DNA of 62,227 nt from a virus (IMGVR_UViG_3300011115_000168:1-62227), one strand, 5' to 3'; shown: positions 51,592-61,455, counted from the stretch's first letter. Notes: a model not told the origin generated them from the letters alone. Translations and numbers: made by a program.

Positions 51592-53457
51592 TTAACACTC
51601 TCCGTAGCTGTTTGCATGCTTTGCTTCGCAAGCCACGGGTAAACCCCTAGCCCAATCGGGAGGCACAGACATGCACTCGACGATGTATGCCATGGCGCTA
51701 TCTAATTCCTCCTCAGGAACCACGCACACCGCCGCGTCATGGACTGTCAGCGCCACGCGATAGCGTTGATTTATCTTGAGCATCTGCTCCCCTACGACGA
51801 TGCGCGCCAAGGCTTGCACCACGTTCTCAACCAGTGCGCCGCCCCATATGGAGACCTTACCCTTGCGTGAGGTGTATGCGTAGCCTGACTTCGGCCCTGT
51901 GGTGTCCAGCTTTAAGTCGGGGTAGCGGATGTACAGGCCATTGGGCAGTTGGATGCCCTCCTTAACAACCTTGAGGCACTTGTGTTCGCCGTATGTGTAG
52001 GGTTCTGTGTCGCCCCAGTTGGCTAAATCTTTCAATACCGCATCGCCATCCTTCCATAACTGTATAACTTTGTCGTTAGTCTTGCGGTAAATATCAACAT
52101 AGTTATTTGCTTCGTCTTCCGTAACCGTGATCCCGGGTGGCGTAGTCTTCAGCGTGTGCTGTAGTTTTAATTTCCCAGTGCCATAACCGAGGCCGAGGAT
52201 GCAAGTCTTGCCCACAAAACGCTCGATAGGGTTGGCTTTGGAAATGGGGCGGTCATATATCTTGGATGCAAACACCGAGTACACATCCTCACCATCGGCA
52301 AACTGCTTCACCACATCGTCCTGACCAGCCAGCCACACAAGCACCCTTGCCTCAATCTGAGAAGAGTCACAGTTGATGACCACATGACCATCGGGCGGAA
52401 TGACTGCGTTCTTCAACGCCTTCTTCTTTTTATCCCTTGATGGAAGGTTTTGGAAGTTCACCTTGTCGGAGCCAGCCCACCGACCTGTGTGTGCGCCGTA
52501 GTACTTCAAGGGGATGGGTAGATACCCTTTGTTGCGCTTGCCTACATCTATGAATCTTTCAATCCGTGACTCTTCAATGGTGGACTTCGTACCAAGGCGC
52601 ACAGCACATAGCTGTTGAACGAACGGCTCTTCATGCTCCATCAACTCTAGGAATCCTTCGTCGTTCTTAGCCAACGCATAAGTCTCCTTGCCTGTGGTCT
52701 TGCTAATTTTCATGGGGACTTTGACTTTGCGCTCAGCTAGTGCTTGTGCAAACTGCTTGTTGCTTGCCAGCTTCTTACGAACGCCCTCAGCATCGCTGCA
52801 ATTGAGCCCACCCATCAGGTCTTCCAACAAGTAACGCTTATCTTTTTCCAATTCGATAGCGCGGTCTTGCAGCAACGCATCGTCAACCATGAACACCGGA
52901 TGCGTAAACATCCTCAGCGTCATATCGATAAGGCCCAACTCATCGTCAGGGAACGCGCTCGACAAACCTAGCCATAACTTGTAAGTTAACTCAACGTCGT
53001 TGATACAGTAGTCGCCGTATGTAGCGAGTTCTTCTTTGGTGAAGTCCTCTCTGCGCTTGCCCTCAGCTTTGAGCACCTCATCGCCTTTTTTGCCGATGCC
53101 ATAGCGCGCACTAAGTGATGCCAGTGACCCACCTACATCCACGCCGTGAAGTGCCCGCGCCATGCAAAGTGTGTCGAGCATGAACATAGGGTTGACCCCA
53201 AAGTGCCAGCTAAGGATGCAACCATCGAACAAGGTGTTGTGGCACAGCAGGGCATTAGTGTCCCACGGGAGGGTGGACAGATAGTTATGAATCTCACTCT
53301 TAGTCCCTGAGAACCAAGTAGCCGGTGCATCGTCTATCTTCACGCCCACGCCTATCACTTCAAAGCGTCTGTCCCGTACATACTCCTCGGTGGTCTGAGT
53401 CTTGAACCCCAACCCCTTGGTGTAGTAGGTCTCAAAATCAAGCGTGATGATGCTCAT
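51592..53457 (-). CDS. DNA polymerase family A (3'-5' exonuclease plus polymerase)
   Basis: Exo LDFETY/HN..FD/YC.ND; motif A DSSQIEAR, motif B RFVGKTCILGLGYG, motif C VHD. Confidence 0.92.
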   Translation of the reverse strand: MSIITLDFETYYTKGLGFKTQTTEEYVRDRRFEVIGVGVKIDDAPATWFSGTKSEIHNYLSTLPWDTNALLCHNTLFDGCILSWHFGVNPMFMLDTLCMARALHGVDVGGSLASLSARYGIGKKGDEVLKAEGKRREDFTKEELATYGDYCINDVELTYKLWLGLSSAFPDDELGLIDMTLRMFTHPVFMVDDALLQDRAIELEKDKRYLLEDLMGGLNCSDAEGVRKKLASNKQFAQALAERKVKVPMKISKTTGKETYALAKNDEGFLELMEHEEPFVQQLCAVRLGTKSTIEESRIERFIDVGKRNKGYLPIPLKYYGAHTGRWAGSDKVNFQNLPSRDKKKKALKNAVIPPDGHVVINCDSSQIEARVLVWLAGQDDVVKQFADGEDVYSVFASKIYDRPISKANPIERFVGKTCILGLGYGTGKLKLQHTLKTTPPGITVTEDEANNYVDIYRKTNDKVIQLWKDGDAVLKDLANWGDTEPYTYGEHKCLKVVKEGIQLPNGLYIRYPDLKLDTTGPKSGYAYTSRKGKVSIWGGALVENVVQALARIVVGEQMLKINQRYRVALTVHDAAVCVVPEEELDSAMAYIVECMSVPPDWARGLPVACEAKHANSYGEC

Positions 53458-53888
53458 ACGAACGGTTTAAAGTCGATGCTGTTTTGTAGGCCGCGCTGTT
53501 CGGAATAAATCCGTTGTTGTGTAGCGGTGTTGTAAGCCGCTTGCTGCCTCGCAGCGTTCGCTTGTTTCGCGGCAAGCATTGGGTCGTTTATTACGGCTTG
53601 TCCAAACACGGCTCGGGGGTCTGTCCACCCTTGGCTGTATCTTTCTTGCGCTCTGTATTTCGCAGTGCTAGGCGGTGGTGCGCTTTCCTCACCCGCGAGT
53701 CGCTTGAGTACCGCCTCATTGAACAGGTCACGCATCACCTCGCTACGGGCGGCTTTGAGCGCACCTCGCTCTTCTTCAGTAAAGCACTCTCCAAAATCCT
53801 CTATCAGCGTATCCCACTTGCGGGTGAGGAGGAATTCATCGGGATGGTCTTTCATTCGCGCTATCAGTATCTCTAGTCCAGTAAGCAT
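53454..53888 (-). CDS. Hypothetical protein
   Basis: AAGGAG RBS; coupled to the polymerase gene. Confidence 0.7.
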   Translation of the reverse strand: MLTGLEILIARMKDHPDEFLLTRKWDTLIEDFGECFTEEERGALKAARSEVMRDLFNEAVLKRLAGEESAPPPSTAKYRAQERYSQGWTDPRAVFGQAVINDPMLAAKQANAARQQAAYNTATQQRIYSEQRGLQNSIDFKPFV

Positions 53889-53898
53889 CGTTGTCTCC

Positions 53899-54177
53899 TT
53901 AGGGGTTGAGGAATGGTTTGATGAGGCAATACACCACGGCTTGCTCCCATGTGTAATATCCCAAATTGTTTGCCCACATTTCGCTACCGCTTACTGCTGT
54001 TTGGGCAAAACCCATACTTGTCAGGTACTCGCGTATGTCCGGTGGTGTCCTTTGCGGTGGCATATTGACTGATGCGGTGATGGTGCTAGTACTCCCATTG
54101 TTCATAAGAGAAACTGTAGGGGTGTAAGGCCCGTTCATCATTGGCTTATCCTTAAATAACAAATTCAATAGATACAA
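53899..54177 (-). CDS. Hypothetical protein (start uncertain)
   Basis: ORF fills the gap. Confidence 0.5.
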   Translation of the reverse strand: MYLLNLLFKDKPMMNGPYTPTVSLMNNGSTSTITASVNMPPQRTPPDIREYLTSMGFAQTAVSGSEMWANNLGYYTWEQAVVYCLIKPFLNP

Positions 54178-54201
54178 AAAAAGGCATGGCGAACCATGCC
54201 T
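54177..54201 (-). terminator. Rho-independent terminator
   Basis: AGGCATGG-TTCG-CCATGCCT followed by a T run. Confidence 0.85.
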
Positions 54202-54210
54202 CGTAAGGGT

Positions 54211-54768
54211 TTAGGAAACAGTCTTCAGCCTGTTGGCGTACCACACCAACTTACCAAGGTCTTCGCTTGTGTCGCCTTTGAGTCCTGCTCGGCTAGAGTA
54301 CTTCAGCACATTGCCCTTGAGATACCCACGAAACTCCTCAGGGGTTAGCTTCGCTTGGATGTAGTCAATGGTCTCGATACCCCCTGCGGTGTAGTGCGGA
54401 GGATGGTTAACCATGTCTACATTTGCCTCAGGCTCTTCCATCGTGATGGGCAAGAGTGAATCCTCAAGAACCTTCTTCAATGCGCGGTTACTCAAAGTGG
54501 TTTCAAGGATGGGCGCATTGGATGTTTGTACCTCTATCAAGCGTGGCTTAGATTTCGTCCCACCCTTGGATGGGGTCTTAGTTATGCCAGTCATCTTGCG
54601 CGCCTGTGCGATAAGCATGTAAACATACTTGTCTGTGCATTTGAACTGCGCGGCAAGTGTTTTCACATCAGGCTTTTCCCCGTTGTGTAGCATTTGCCCA
54701 ATCACGCGCACCTTGTCGTGCATCGCGCCCCACTTACCCCTCTTCAACTTCGGTTTAGTTACTGTCAT
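54211..54768 (-). CDS. DUF3310 (SaV-like) protein with N-terminal HTH-like region
   Basis: DMVNHPPHY..GGIETID...GNVLKY..R...K....EDL.K..WY. Confidence 0.8.
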   Translation of the reverse strand: MTVTKPKLKRGKWGAMHDKVRVIGQMLHNGEKPDVKTLAAQFKCTDKYVYMLIAQARKMTGITKTPSKGGTKSKPRLIEVQTSNAPILETTLSNRALKKVLEDSLLPITMEEPEANVDMVNHPPHYTAGGIETIDYIQAKLTPEEFRGYLKGNVLKYSSRAGLKGDTSEDLGKLVWYANRLKTVS

Positions 54769-54961
54769 GTGCCTTCTCCTTCTTTAGATGGCGTTTTACT
54801 GAAACGATGCCAGCGGATTCTGACCTCGCTGTCAACATAGAGTCTGCTAGCTGATACGCGCGGCGTGGTATGTCCTCGTCATAAACTCCTTTCATCAAAA
54901 GACCCACCATTGCAAGCCCCGCATGGACTTCTCGCAGTTGCTCTAAATCTTGTTCATTCAT
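54755..54961 (-). CDS. Hypothetical protein
   Basis: AYQLADSMLTAR resembles 51128-51373. Confidence 0.65.
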   Translation of the reverse strand: MNEQDLEQLREVHAGLAMVGLLMKGVYDEDIPRRAYQLADSMLTARSESAGIVSVKRHLKKEKAHDSN

Positions 54962-55263
54962 TCGGTTCCCTTTGTAAAAAACGCAGACATCAATTCGCGC
55001 AAGTCACCGACATTGTGTTCATCAACCACGAACGCAATGCCATGGTTTTTACGGATGTCCTCTAAGTTTTTCTCTTGTAACGCTGTGGTCTTGCCACCAT
55101 TCGCTTTGCACTCAAGACCAATGAATCGCCCGCGATAGCAAACAAGGAAGTCAGGCACACCGCTACTGCCATATCCACCTGTAGCGGGCATGGCGTAGTA
55201 CGCACCCAACTCCTTGAGTACCTTCTTAACTTTGTCCTTAACCTTGCGCTCGGGCGTTAGCAT
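54958..55263 (-). CDS. VRR-NUC domain nuclease/resolvase
   Basis: E.KVK...GVPDFL...GLECKA...T.LQ. Confidence 0.85.
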   Translation of the reverse strand: MLTPERKVKDKVKKVLKELGAYYAMPATGGYGSSGVPDFLVCYRGRFIGLECKANGGKTTALQEKNLEDIRKNHGIAFVVDEHNVGDLRELMSAFFTKGTE

Positions 55264-56162
55264 GGTGTCACCACATAGGTATGGTCGTAGTGAGTCGGGC
55301 GCGTGTCGTAGAAGAACACAGCATCAAGTGAATCGTTGTACTCATCAGCAATAGGTAGTCCACAATGCATGGAATGCCCGCCGTTCTCATAGACTGCTTT
55401 GGTCATGGTCATAAACGCAATCAGGTTAGGGTAATCCTCTATGGACTTGTAACGCTTGAAGTCCTCAACCATCTCCACTTTGGTTTCATCCCTATCAGTC
55501 GGAAGCATCCGCATCTTGCCAATGAGATAGTCGCCAAACTCGTCCACGCCAATCATGTAGAAAGGGTTTCGGAAAAACGCATCGGCCTTTTCATCTTTCA
55601 TACGCTTGATGCTATCAGCTTTATCACATTTGTCAAGTATATTTTTACATTCACTTCGGTCAAGCGATAGCCCTCGACTATCGATTTCGCCATGCAAGTA
55701 GTGGGCAAGTAAGGCATGAACAGAATTGCTGCTCAGACTAACTTCCTTATTGGAATCTCCTAGCGAACGCCTAAGGTAGCGTACCGGCGCACCAAGCATT
55801 TTTATCTTGCGCTCAATCATTACTGCTGCTGTTGGGATGACTTTTTTAGCCTTCAGCACACCCATCAACGATGACAGCTTTGTGCTATGAATAGTCTCTT
55901 TGTCAGCCCTGTCTGAGCCGCGCTCCTTCATGTAGTAAGGCGAGCGCCATGTGTACTCCAGCACACCTTCGGGGTTCTTGGTGCAGTTAGCCTTACCCAC
56001 GGCGATGCCGTATTGGTTGCACATCAACCACCCCGTGTTGGTACGCCGCGCCACGCGCAAGCCATGCTTGAATACAATCTCACGCACCAGTGGGAACGCA
56101 GGTGATTCGGTCAACTCGCGTCTTATCGTGCTGTCCTCAAAGCCATCAAGAAATAATGTCAT
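55257..56162 (-). CDS. Hypothetical protein (301 aa)
   Basis: Long ORF with strong RBS. Confidence 0.8.
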   Translation of the reverse strand: MTLFLDGFEDSTIRRELTESPAFPLVREIVFKHGLRVARRTNTGWLMCNQYGIAVGKANCTKNPEGVLEYTWRSPYYMKERGSDRADKETIHSTKLSSLMGVLKAKKVIPTAAVMIERKIKMLGAPVRYLRRSLGDSNKEVSLSSNSVHALLAHYLHGEIDSRGLSLDRSECKNILDKCDKADSIKRMKDEKADAFFRNPFYMIGVDEFGDYLIGKMRMLPTDRDETKVEMVEDFKRYKSIEDYPNLIAFMTMTKAVYENGGHSMHCGLPIADEYNDSLDAVFFYDTRPTHYDHTYVVTPC

Positions 56163-56509
56163 GCTTGTTCTCCTTTAGATTTCAATTCCGCTTCTGCTTT
56201 TCGTTTGTTGTACCACCACAGCCATGTGGTTTCATCTTTATCCTCCAGTGCTTCTTCTAATGCGGAAGCTACATTCCTCTGCAAGTCAATTAGTTGGTCG
56301 TAACGCATCACTTGAAAATCTTCTCCATCACTGTAATGTCGTTTCTTAGCCGCTTTCCATACTTGCTTCCAACCTTCATCCCAGTCGGTCATATCAAACC
56401 ATCCTAGGTAGCCATACACCCCCTCCTCTAGACCAATCATGTAGAACCGCACATGACCATTTTTGTGTGGGATTCCTTCTCTATTCATCCAATCTTTTTC
56501 CATGCTCAT
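56159..56509 (-). CDS. Hypothetical protein
   Basis: Coupled ORF. Confidence 0.7.
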   Translation of the reverse strand: MSMEKDWMNREGIPHKNGHVRFYMIGLEEGVYGYLGWFDMTDWDEGWKQVWKAAKKRHYSDGEDFQVMRYDQLIDLQRNVASALEEALEDKDETTWLWWYNKRKAEAELKSKGEQA

Positions 56510-57480
56510 ACTCCATGTCCGTATTGTTTAACTTCAGTGCCATCAACCATCAACGTGTAGCCCCACACGCTAGGCGGGTACACCTTGCCCATCTCATAGG
56601 TAACAGTCTTGAATGTGCTTGCGTTCTCCTTGTAGATTTGATGGCACAACTTAGCCTTCATCGAATCAAACACCGCAACCCCATCCTTGTGGTGATGCCA
56701 TGACGATGGGTTTCTAATCCTCCATCTGAAGTCACGGTCTAGGCCAAACGCATAGAGAGCCATCGCATCAAGTGGCGCGGAAGACTTCATTGCCTCAGCA
56801 AGCATTAAGATTTCATCAGGTAATTTATGTTCTATCTCATTCTCAAGATAGATAGTCTTAGCTGTGTCCAACCATGATTCAAGAGTCATCGCCTTGCACA
56901 TGGTCTCAGTTACTGTAAAGAAGTCTTTGTGGTTAGCCATCAGATTTCTAGACGCTTTCCTGTTGACATGCTTACCGATGATGGTGATGTCCTTCGTAGG
57001 CTTCATGGTCTTGATGTCCACCCGCATCCCGTGGTGTATGGGATAGAACTTACGCCCTCCCTTAAACACCATCCCACCCCGCCGTGAGTCGTTATGGAAG
57101 TACCCGTAACTCACATCGCTAAGAAACTGCCGCGCACCTTGGGGGTAGCTACTTGATGTGAACTCAAAGGTGTTGTCCGAACGCACAACGCCCATCTCAT
57201 GGGGCTTGTGAACCCACAGATAGTTTTGCCCGTTGGACGAGTCATAGTAAATATTCTTACCCTGATTCGTGAACTCAGCGGCTTCCTCAAGCGTGATGGG
57301 TAGTTGGGAGTAAGTCCATCCATACATAACTCTGAAGATGGTCTCGCCGTTCTCCTCCTCAGCTAAGAAGTACTTAGTGTTCTGTCGGCGACCCATGGTC
57401 GGGAACCGATTGGTGCTGCCCCGATATGGCTTCTCGGACAGGCTGATTCGTTTCAGTCGCGCATAACTTAGCTGTATCAT
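56506..57480 (-). CDS. Hypothetical protein (~324 aa)
   Basis: Long ORF; AGGAAG RBS before ATG at 57480. Confidence 0.8.
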   Translation of the reverse strand: MIQLSYARLKRISLSEKPYRGSTNRFPTMGRRQNTKYFLAEEENGETIFRVMYGWTYSQLPITLEEAAEFTNQGKNIYYDSSNGQNYLWVHKPHEMGVVRSDNTFEFTSSSYPQGARQFLSDVSYGYFHNDSRRGGMVFKGGRKFYPIHHGMRVDIKTMKPTKDITIIGKHVNRKASRNLMANHKDFFTVTETMCKAMTLESWLDTAKTIYLENEIEHKLPDEILMLAEAMKSSAPLDAMALYAFGLDRDFRWRIRNPSSWHHHKDGVAVFDSMKAKLCHQIYKENASTFKTVTYEMGKVYPPSVWGYTLMVDGTEVKQYGHGV

Positions 57481-57709
57481 CTTGCTTCCTTTCGTTAATA
57501 ATTTCATCTAGCGTTGTCAACACATCGCGCCACAGGCGTGCTGAATGTGTTTGGTCACGGGACTCCAACGCATCTAGGGCATGCATGTGGGCAAAGGCTC
57601 CGTATCGGTGTAGCAACTCCTCAGCCACCTGACGCGAGAACCTCATCCTTGATTGGGGGTGCGCCTCCCATACAACGTCCCCTCCTGCTATTGAAATCCT
57701 AATCGTCAT
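57374..57709 (-). CDS. Hypothetical protein
   Basis: Fills the gap after the VWA gene and overlaps the next gene. Confidence 0.5.
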   Translation of the reverse strand: MTIRISIAGGDVVWEAHPQSRMRFSRQVAEELLHRYGAFAHMHALDALESRDQTHSARLWRDVLTTLDEIINERKQDDTAKLCATETNQPVREAISGQHQSVPDHGSPTEH

Positions 57710-59003
57710 AGCTGACCATGACTTTCTTGCCCAATGGAGGGTTGAACGATTTGCATTGGGTCACCATCCACAGGGTTGGGCTGAAGATGTTCCACTTCAC
57801 GTTGTCCTCGACATACCCGTCTGTGAACACAATCACGCAGTCCGCGCTGAGGCGTTCCTTGTTTATGTACTCACTGACACATGAGACGTTAGTTCCACCG
57901 CCGCCTTCGGGCTTGAGCATGGATGCAATGCCGGTGTAGTCACCGGAAAACTCCTGCGTCCCCGCCACTTCAGCGTCCCACCAAATGATGGTCACCTTCT
58001 CAGGTGAAGCCACCTCGCAAATTGAGACCAGTTCTGTAGCAAACTCGTTCAACTCCTTCTCGCCTATTGAGCCAGAAGTATCAATAGCCACGATAACCCC
58101 GCCGATAGTCTCGTTGTCCATGCTTGGCAGATAGATGTCATTAGCCATGTGACGCTTGTTCATGCGCCGCCATGTGTACTCGTCCTTACCACGCACCGAT
58201 GCAGACACGAACTCGCGCAACTCATCGCGCCAATCTACCTTGGGCTCCAACATGTCGGAGATGGCTCGGGGCATCTTGCCACCCATGCGCCCTGCAAGGA
58301 TGCCGCCTTCGCGCAATGCTCTATCAATCTCCTCGTTCAAGTCCTTGCGTTCCTCATGGGACAGCTTGCTGATGTCGATGATGTCGTGCTCATCTGCGTT
58401 AGACAAGTCATAGGTCTTGCCGTTAACAGTCACCGATTCCCATTCATCTTGACTATCACCCTCACCATTTTGCGTCCCACCTTGGGATGGGTCGTTACCT
58501 TGCCCACCGCCTGACCCGCCCTGCCCCTTACCCTTGCACTTAGGCTTCGCGTGTTTCTTCAGATAGTTGTACACCTCACGCATCGACCAATCGTGGAACA
58601 TGGGGTCATAAACACCCCCATCCGGCAACTCGACCAAGCGTTCGTGTGAGTTATTAACTGTCCCATCGATACAGGTGATGATGTCGTTCACCACAAAGTC
58701 AGCGGCAAGGTTTGCCATCTGACGGTTCTCCTTGAACATGGGTACACCGAAGATGGTCTGCTTGAGGGCAATGTGTAGGTTCTCGTGAAGTACCAACCCA
58801 CGCAGTTGTGGTTCCTTAGTTATCTGCTCAATGAACTTGCGCCCGTACCGCTTGTTCACCCCATCGGTGTATGCGGTAGGACAGTTGTCAATGACCGCAC
58901 TCGTACCCATCAGCATCACGCCCGAGTAGAGCGCAGTCTGTGGGTGCTTGAACATGGTCATGTGAGCCCGCTTGATGCGGGCGGTCTGTGCGTCTCGTAA
59001 CAT
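57699..59003 (-). CDS. DUF2201-like metallopeptidase plus VWA domain protein
   Basis: TAYTDG, LHENLH (HExxH), Gly-rich linker, MIDAS IDTSGS, GGGGT, FTDG. Confidence 0.85.
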   Translation of the reverse strand: MLRDAQTARIKRAHMTMFKHPQTALYSGVMLMGTSAVIDNCPTAYTDGVNKRYGRKFIEQITKEPQLRGLVLHENLHIALKQTIFGVPMFKENRQMANLAADFVVNDIITCIDGTVNNSHERLVELPDGGVYDPMFHDWSMREVYNYLKKHAKPKCKGKGQGGSGGGQGNDPSQGGTQNGEGDSQDEWESVTVNGKTYDLSNADEHDIIDISKLSHEERKDLNEEIDRALREGGILAGRMGGKMPRAISDMLEPKVDWRDELREFVSASVRGKDEYTWRRMNKRHMANDIYLPSMDNETIGGVIVAIDTSGSIGEKELNEFATELVSICEVASPEKVTIIWWDAEVAGTQEFSGDYTGIASMLKPEGGGGTNVSCVSEYINKERLSADCVIVFTDGYVEDNVKWNIFSPTLWMVTQCKSFNPPLGKKVMVSYDD

Positions 59004-59191
59004 TATTTAATCTCCTCAAAGATAAAAGCCTTGCCATCGTCCACAAGTCGGACTTCCTTCTTGTAGAGCCTACGCAGATGATGGATAGTCATGTAACTAA
59101 ACATCCGCAACTCCTCACACACCTTGACCCATAGCATCGTCATCACGATTGCCCACGCGCCAAGGAACATCTCAGCCATACTGAACTCCAT
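59003..59191 (-). CDS. Small membrane protein
   Basis: AGGAGG RBS; N-terminal hydrophobic helix. Confidence 0.65.
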   Translation of the reverse strand: MEFSMAEMFLGAWAIVMTMLWVKVCEELRMFSYMTIHHLRRLYKKEVRLVDDGKAFIFEEIK

Positions 59192-59213
59192 AGAACCTCC
59201 TGAAAAAATAGAA

Positions 59214-59236
59214 CCCCACCCATCGGTGGGGAGTTA
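59214..59236 (-). promoter_or_regulatory. CCAC(C)-N4-(G)GTGG palindromic element, copy 3
   Basis: Compensatory base change relative to the other copies. Confidence 0.55.
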
Positions 59237-59237
59237 G

Positions 59238-60374
59238 TTAGAACAAGTCGTGATTGTTCTTAGCCCACTCAGCGATCTTGAGATTGTTCCGCGCCAACTT
59301 CACGGACTTGGCTGTCCGCATCATCATGGTGAAGAACACACCTTGAATCTCGTTGGACGGAATGCGCTCAACATACTCCATGAACTTAGACAGTTGGTCT
59401 TGCGTCTCCAACACATCTACTGCTTGAAACATAATCATCAACTGCGCGCTGATGTCCTTAGCCACCTCGATGGTTGACGGCGCTTTGATGATGTCTTTCA
59501 CATCGGTTAAGGATTTCTCCAACGCCATGAACGCCGCCATGTCGCCCGCCGCGCTGTGACCAATCGTGCCTGACAACGCAGCTTGCGTACCATGCTCACC
59601 AATCGCATCACGGTAACGCACGATGACATCGCACTTCGCCAATGAGCGCGGAGACACAAAGGACAACGCGCTCTTGTTGGGTTGAAAGATATATGGATTA
59701 TCTTTCTGTGCATCGCCTTCTTTGTACGATGCCAAGCTCCGTGGGAACATAGCAACGAACGCACGAACCACGCGAGAGATGCCGTTCTCAGTCGCCCACT
59801 CAAGCCACTCGTTCGGGGTCGGCTTTGCCATCTGCAAGATACACACACGATTGCCCGCATGAGAAAGCATCGAGTCACCTACGCCATCGCTTGCATTGTT
59901 AGATGTTGCAATGACAATGGACTTCCGCTTGTTCTTCAAGTCCTCAGGCAGAGGCACATCGCCCACCATACGCTCAAGCATGAGTCGCGTAAAGATGATT
60001 TGCAAAAGCTTGGGTGCTTTCATAAACTCATCAAGCATGATGACCTTAGGCTTACCATTGTGGATGTCGAACAGGCTCGACACGTAATACTCCAACTGCT
60101 GAGTCGCATGGTTGGGGATGGTCATGCCGATGTCCGACATGTCCTTGACGGGGCAATCAACATAGATGTAGTCGTACTTGTCGCCTTCGATGGATGTGCC
60201 ATCGCGCGGTGAACGCCAGCTATCCCCGTTATCCATGGCAATCATAGACAACAGCGAGGTCTTGCCACAACCGGGCTCACTTTGCACGACTACAGTTAGT
60301 TCCTCACCGATGAGTGGGATGATTTTCCGCAATTCCTTGATGGACACGGTTTGGGTGAAACTGATTTTGGACAT
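59238..60374 (-). CDS. MoxR-like AAA+ ATPase
   Basis: Walker A PGCGKTS, Walker B IMLDEF, sensor ATSN, SPRS. Confidence 0.85.
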   Translation of the reverse strand: MSKISFTQTVSIKELRKIIPLIGEELTVVVQSEPGCGKTSLLSMIAMDNGDSWRSPRDGTSIEGDKYDYIYVDCPVKDMSDIGMTIPNHATQQLEYYVSSLFDIHNGKPKVIMLDEFMKAPKLLQIIFTRLMLERMVGDVPLPEDLKNKRKSIVIATSNNASDGVGDSMLSHAGNRVCILQMAKPTPNEWLEWATENGISRVVRAFVAMFPRSLASYKEGDAQKDNPYIFQPNKSALSFVSPRSLAKCDVIVRYRDAIGEHGTQAALSGTIGHSAAGDMAAFMALEKSLTDVKDIIKAPSTIEVAKDISAQLMIMFQAVDVLETQDQLSKFMEYVERIPSNEIQGVFFTMMMRTAKSVKLARNNLKIAEWAKNNHDLF

Positions 60375-60448
60375 GATATAAACTTTCTTTAACTATGGTT
60401 GAACTGATGGCATTAGTACTTAATGCCGTTTTTGACTACTTGCTTTAC

Positions 60449-61384
60449 CTATACGCATTGAAACGCACCGAACTTCGAGAGAATGCTGTCCACATCCCCC
60501 TTCACATTCGCGCGCACAGCGTCACTATCGCGGATTAACTCCGCATCCACGCCCGTGAGGGCAACTTCCAATGAGGCGCGGGCTTCCTCCAATTCCGCAT
60601 TGCCTGTCAGGTTGAACTGCTTAAACGACTCGCACATCTCCTTTGCCTTTTGGATAGTGCTGTCATAAATCTTGCGCTTCTTAACCTTGGTCTCCCCTGT
60701 GTTGTCATCCACACCCATGTCCTCCACGCCACAGCAATGGCTGATGGATTTCATAACCTCAATGAACCTTGATTGCTGCTCCACCATAACGTGGGACACT
60801 ATCTGCTCCGCTTGCTTGCTGTATGTGGTGAACAAATCCTCAGCGATGTCAGACGCAATCCCGCAACGCCAATCACTCATCGGCACTTCGGACACGAACA
60901 GCTTGATGTCGAACCGATGCTCCAACTGCTCCTTGGGCGGGTAGTCTGTGCGATTGAACATGTCGCCCATGCCCGCTGCATTGAACGCCATGTTGGACAC
61001 GATGCCATCGTAGTCAGCGAGAAACTCGGCCTTCAGCAAAGCAAATTGCGTCTCATGCTCGTGGTACTCCTTCATAAAGACGGGCATGTCCACAGAGGGC
61101 AGGAGATGGTTGCCCTTATTCCACGGGTACGTCCTACGCTGAAGCCAGTTATATACTGTCTGCCGATAGTTCGCCAAGGCTTTGTGCTTGGGATGGTCTG
61201 CCAACAGATGCTTAACATACCGGCCAGCGTTCTTACTAGCATGCTTTGCCGTAGTAACTTCATTACTGATAACTCTGTCCTGCTTGGTAGCTGACCACAC
61301 ATTGATGTCTACGCACACAAGCACAGCCGATGATGCAAGGCTGATGAGGTGCTGAGGCTTTTGCAATTCCATTTGATTCTCCAT
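60449..61384 (-). CDS. DUF3150-like protein
   Basis: AVLV.V.I.VWSA.K.D...K.LL...RT.PW...LLP...F...DYP; upstream of AAA/VWA. Confidence 0.55.
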   Translation of the reverse strand: MENQMELQKPQHLISLASSAVLVCVDINVWSATKQDRVISNEVTTAKHASKNAGRYVKHLLADHPKHKALANYRQTVYNWLQRRTYPWNKGNHLLPSVDMPVFMKEYHEHETQFALLKAEFLADYDGIVSNMAFNAAGMGDMFNRTDYPPKEQLEHRFDIKLFVSEVPMSDWRCGIASDIAEDLFTTYSKQAEQIVSHVMVEQQSRFIEVMKSISHCCGVEDMGVDDNTGETKVKKRKIYDSTIQKAKEMCESFKQFNLTGNAELEEARASLEVALTGVDAELIRDSDAVRANVKGDVDSILSKFGAFQCV

Positions 61385-61396
61385 TCGTTTAACAAA

Positions 61397-61417
61397 CCAC
61401 GTTACCGTGGGACACTA
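61397..61417 (-). promoter_or_regulatory. CCACG-N4-CGTGG palindromic element, copy 4
   Basis: CCACG-TTAC-CGTGG-GACACTA. Confidence 0.6.
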
Positions 61418-61455
61418 AGTCGGGCCGCGCTAAGGATGCTTTCCGACTTGCTTTG

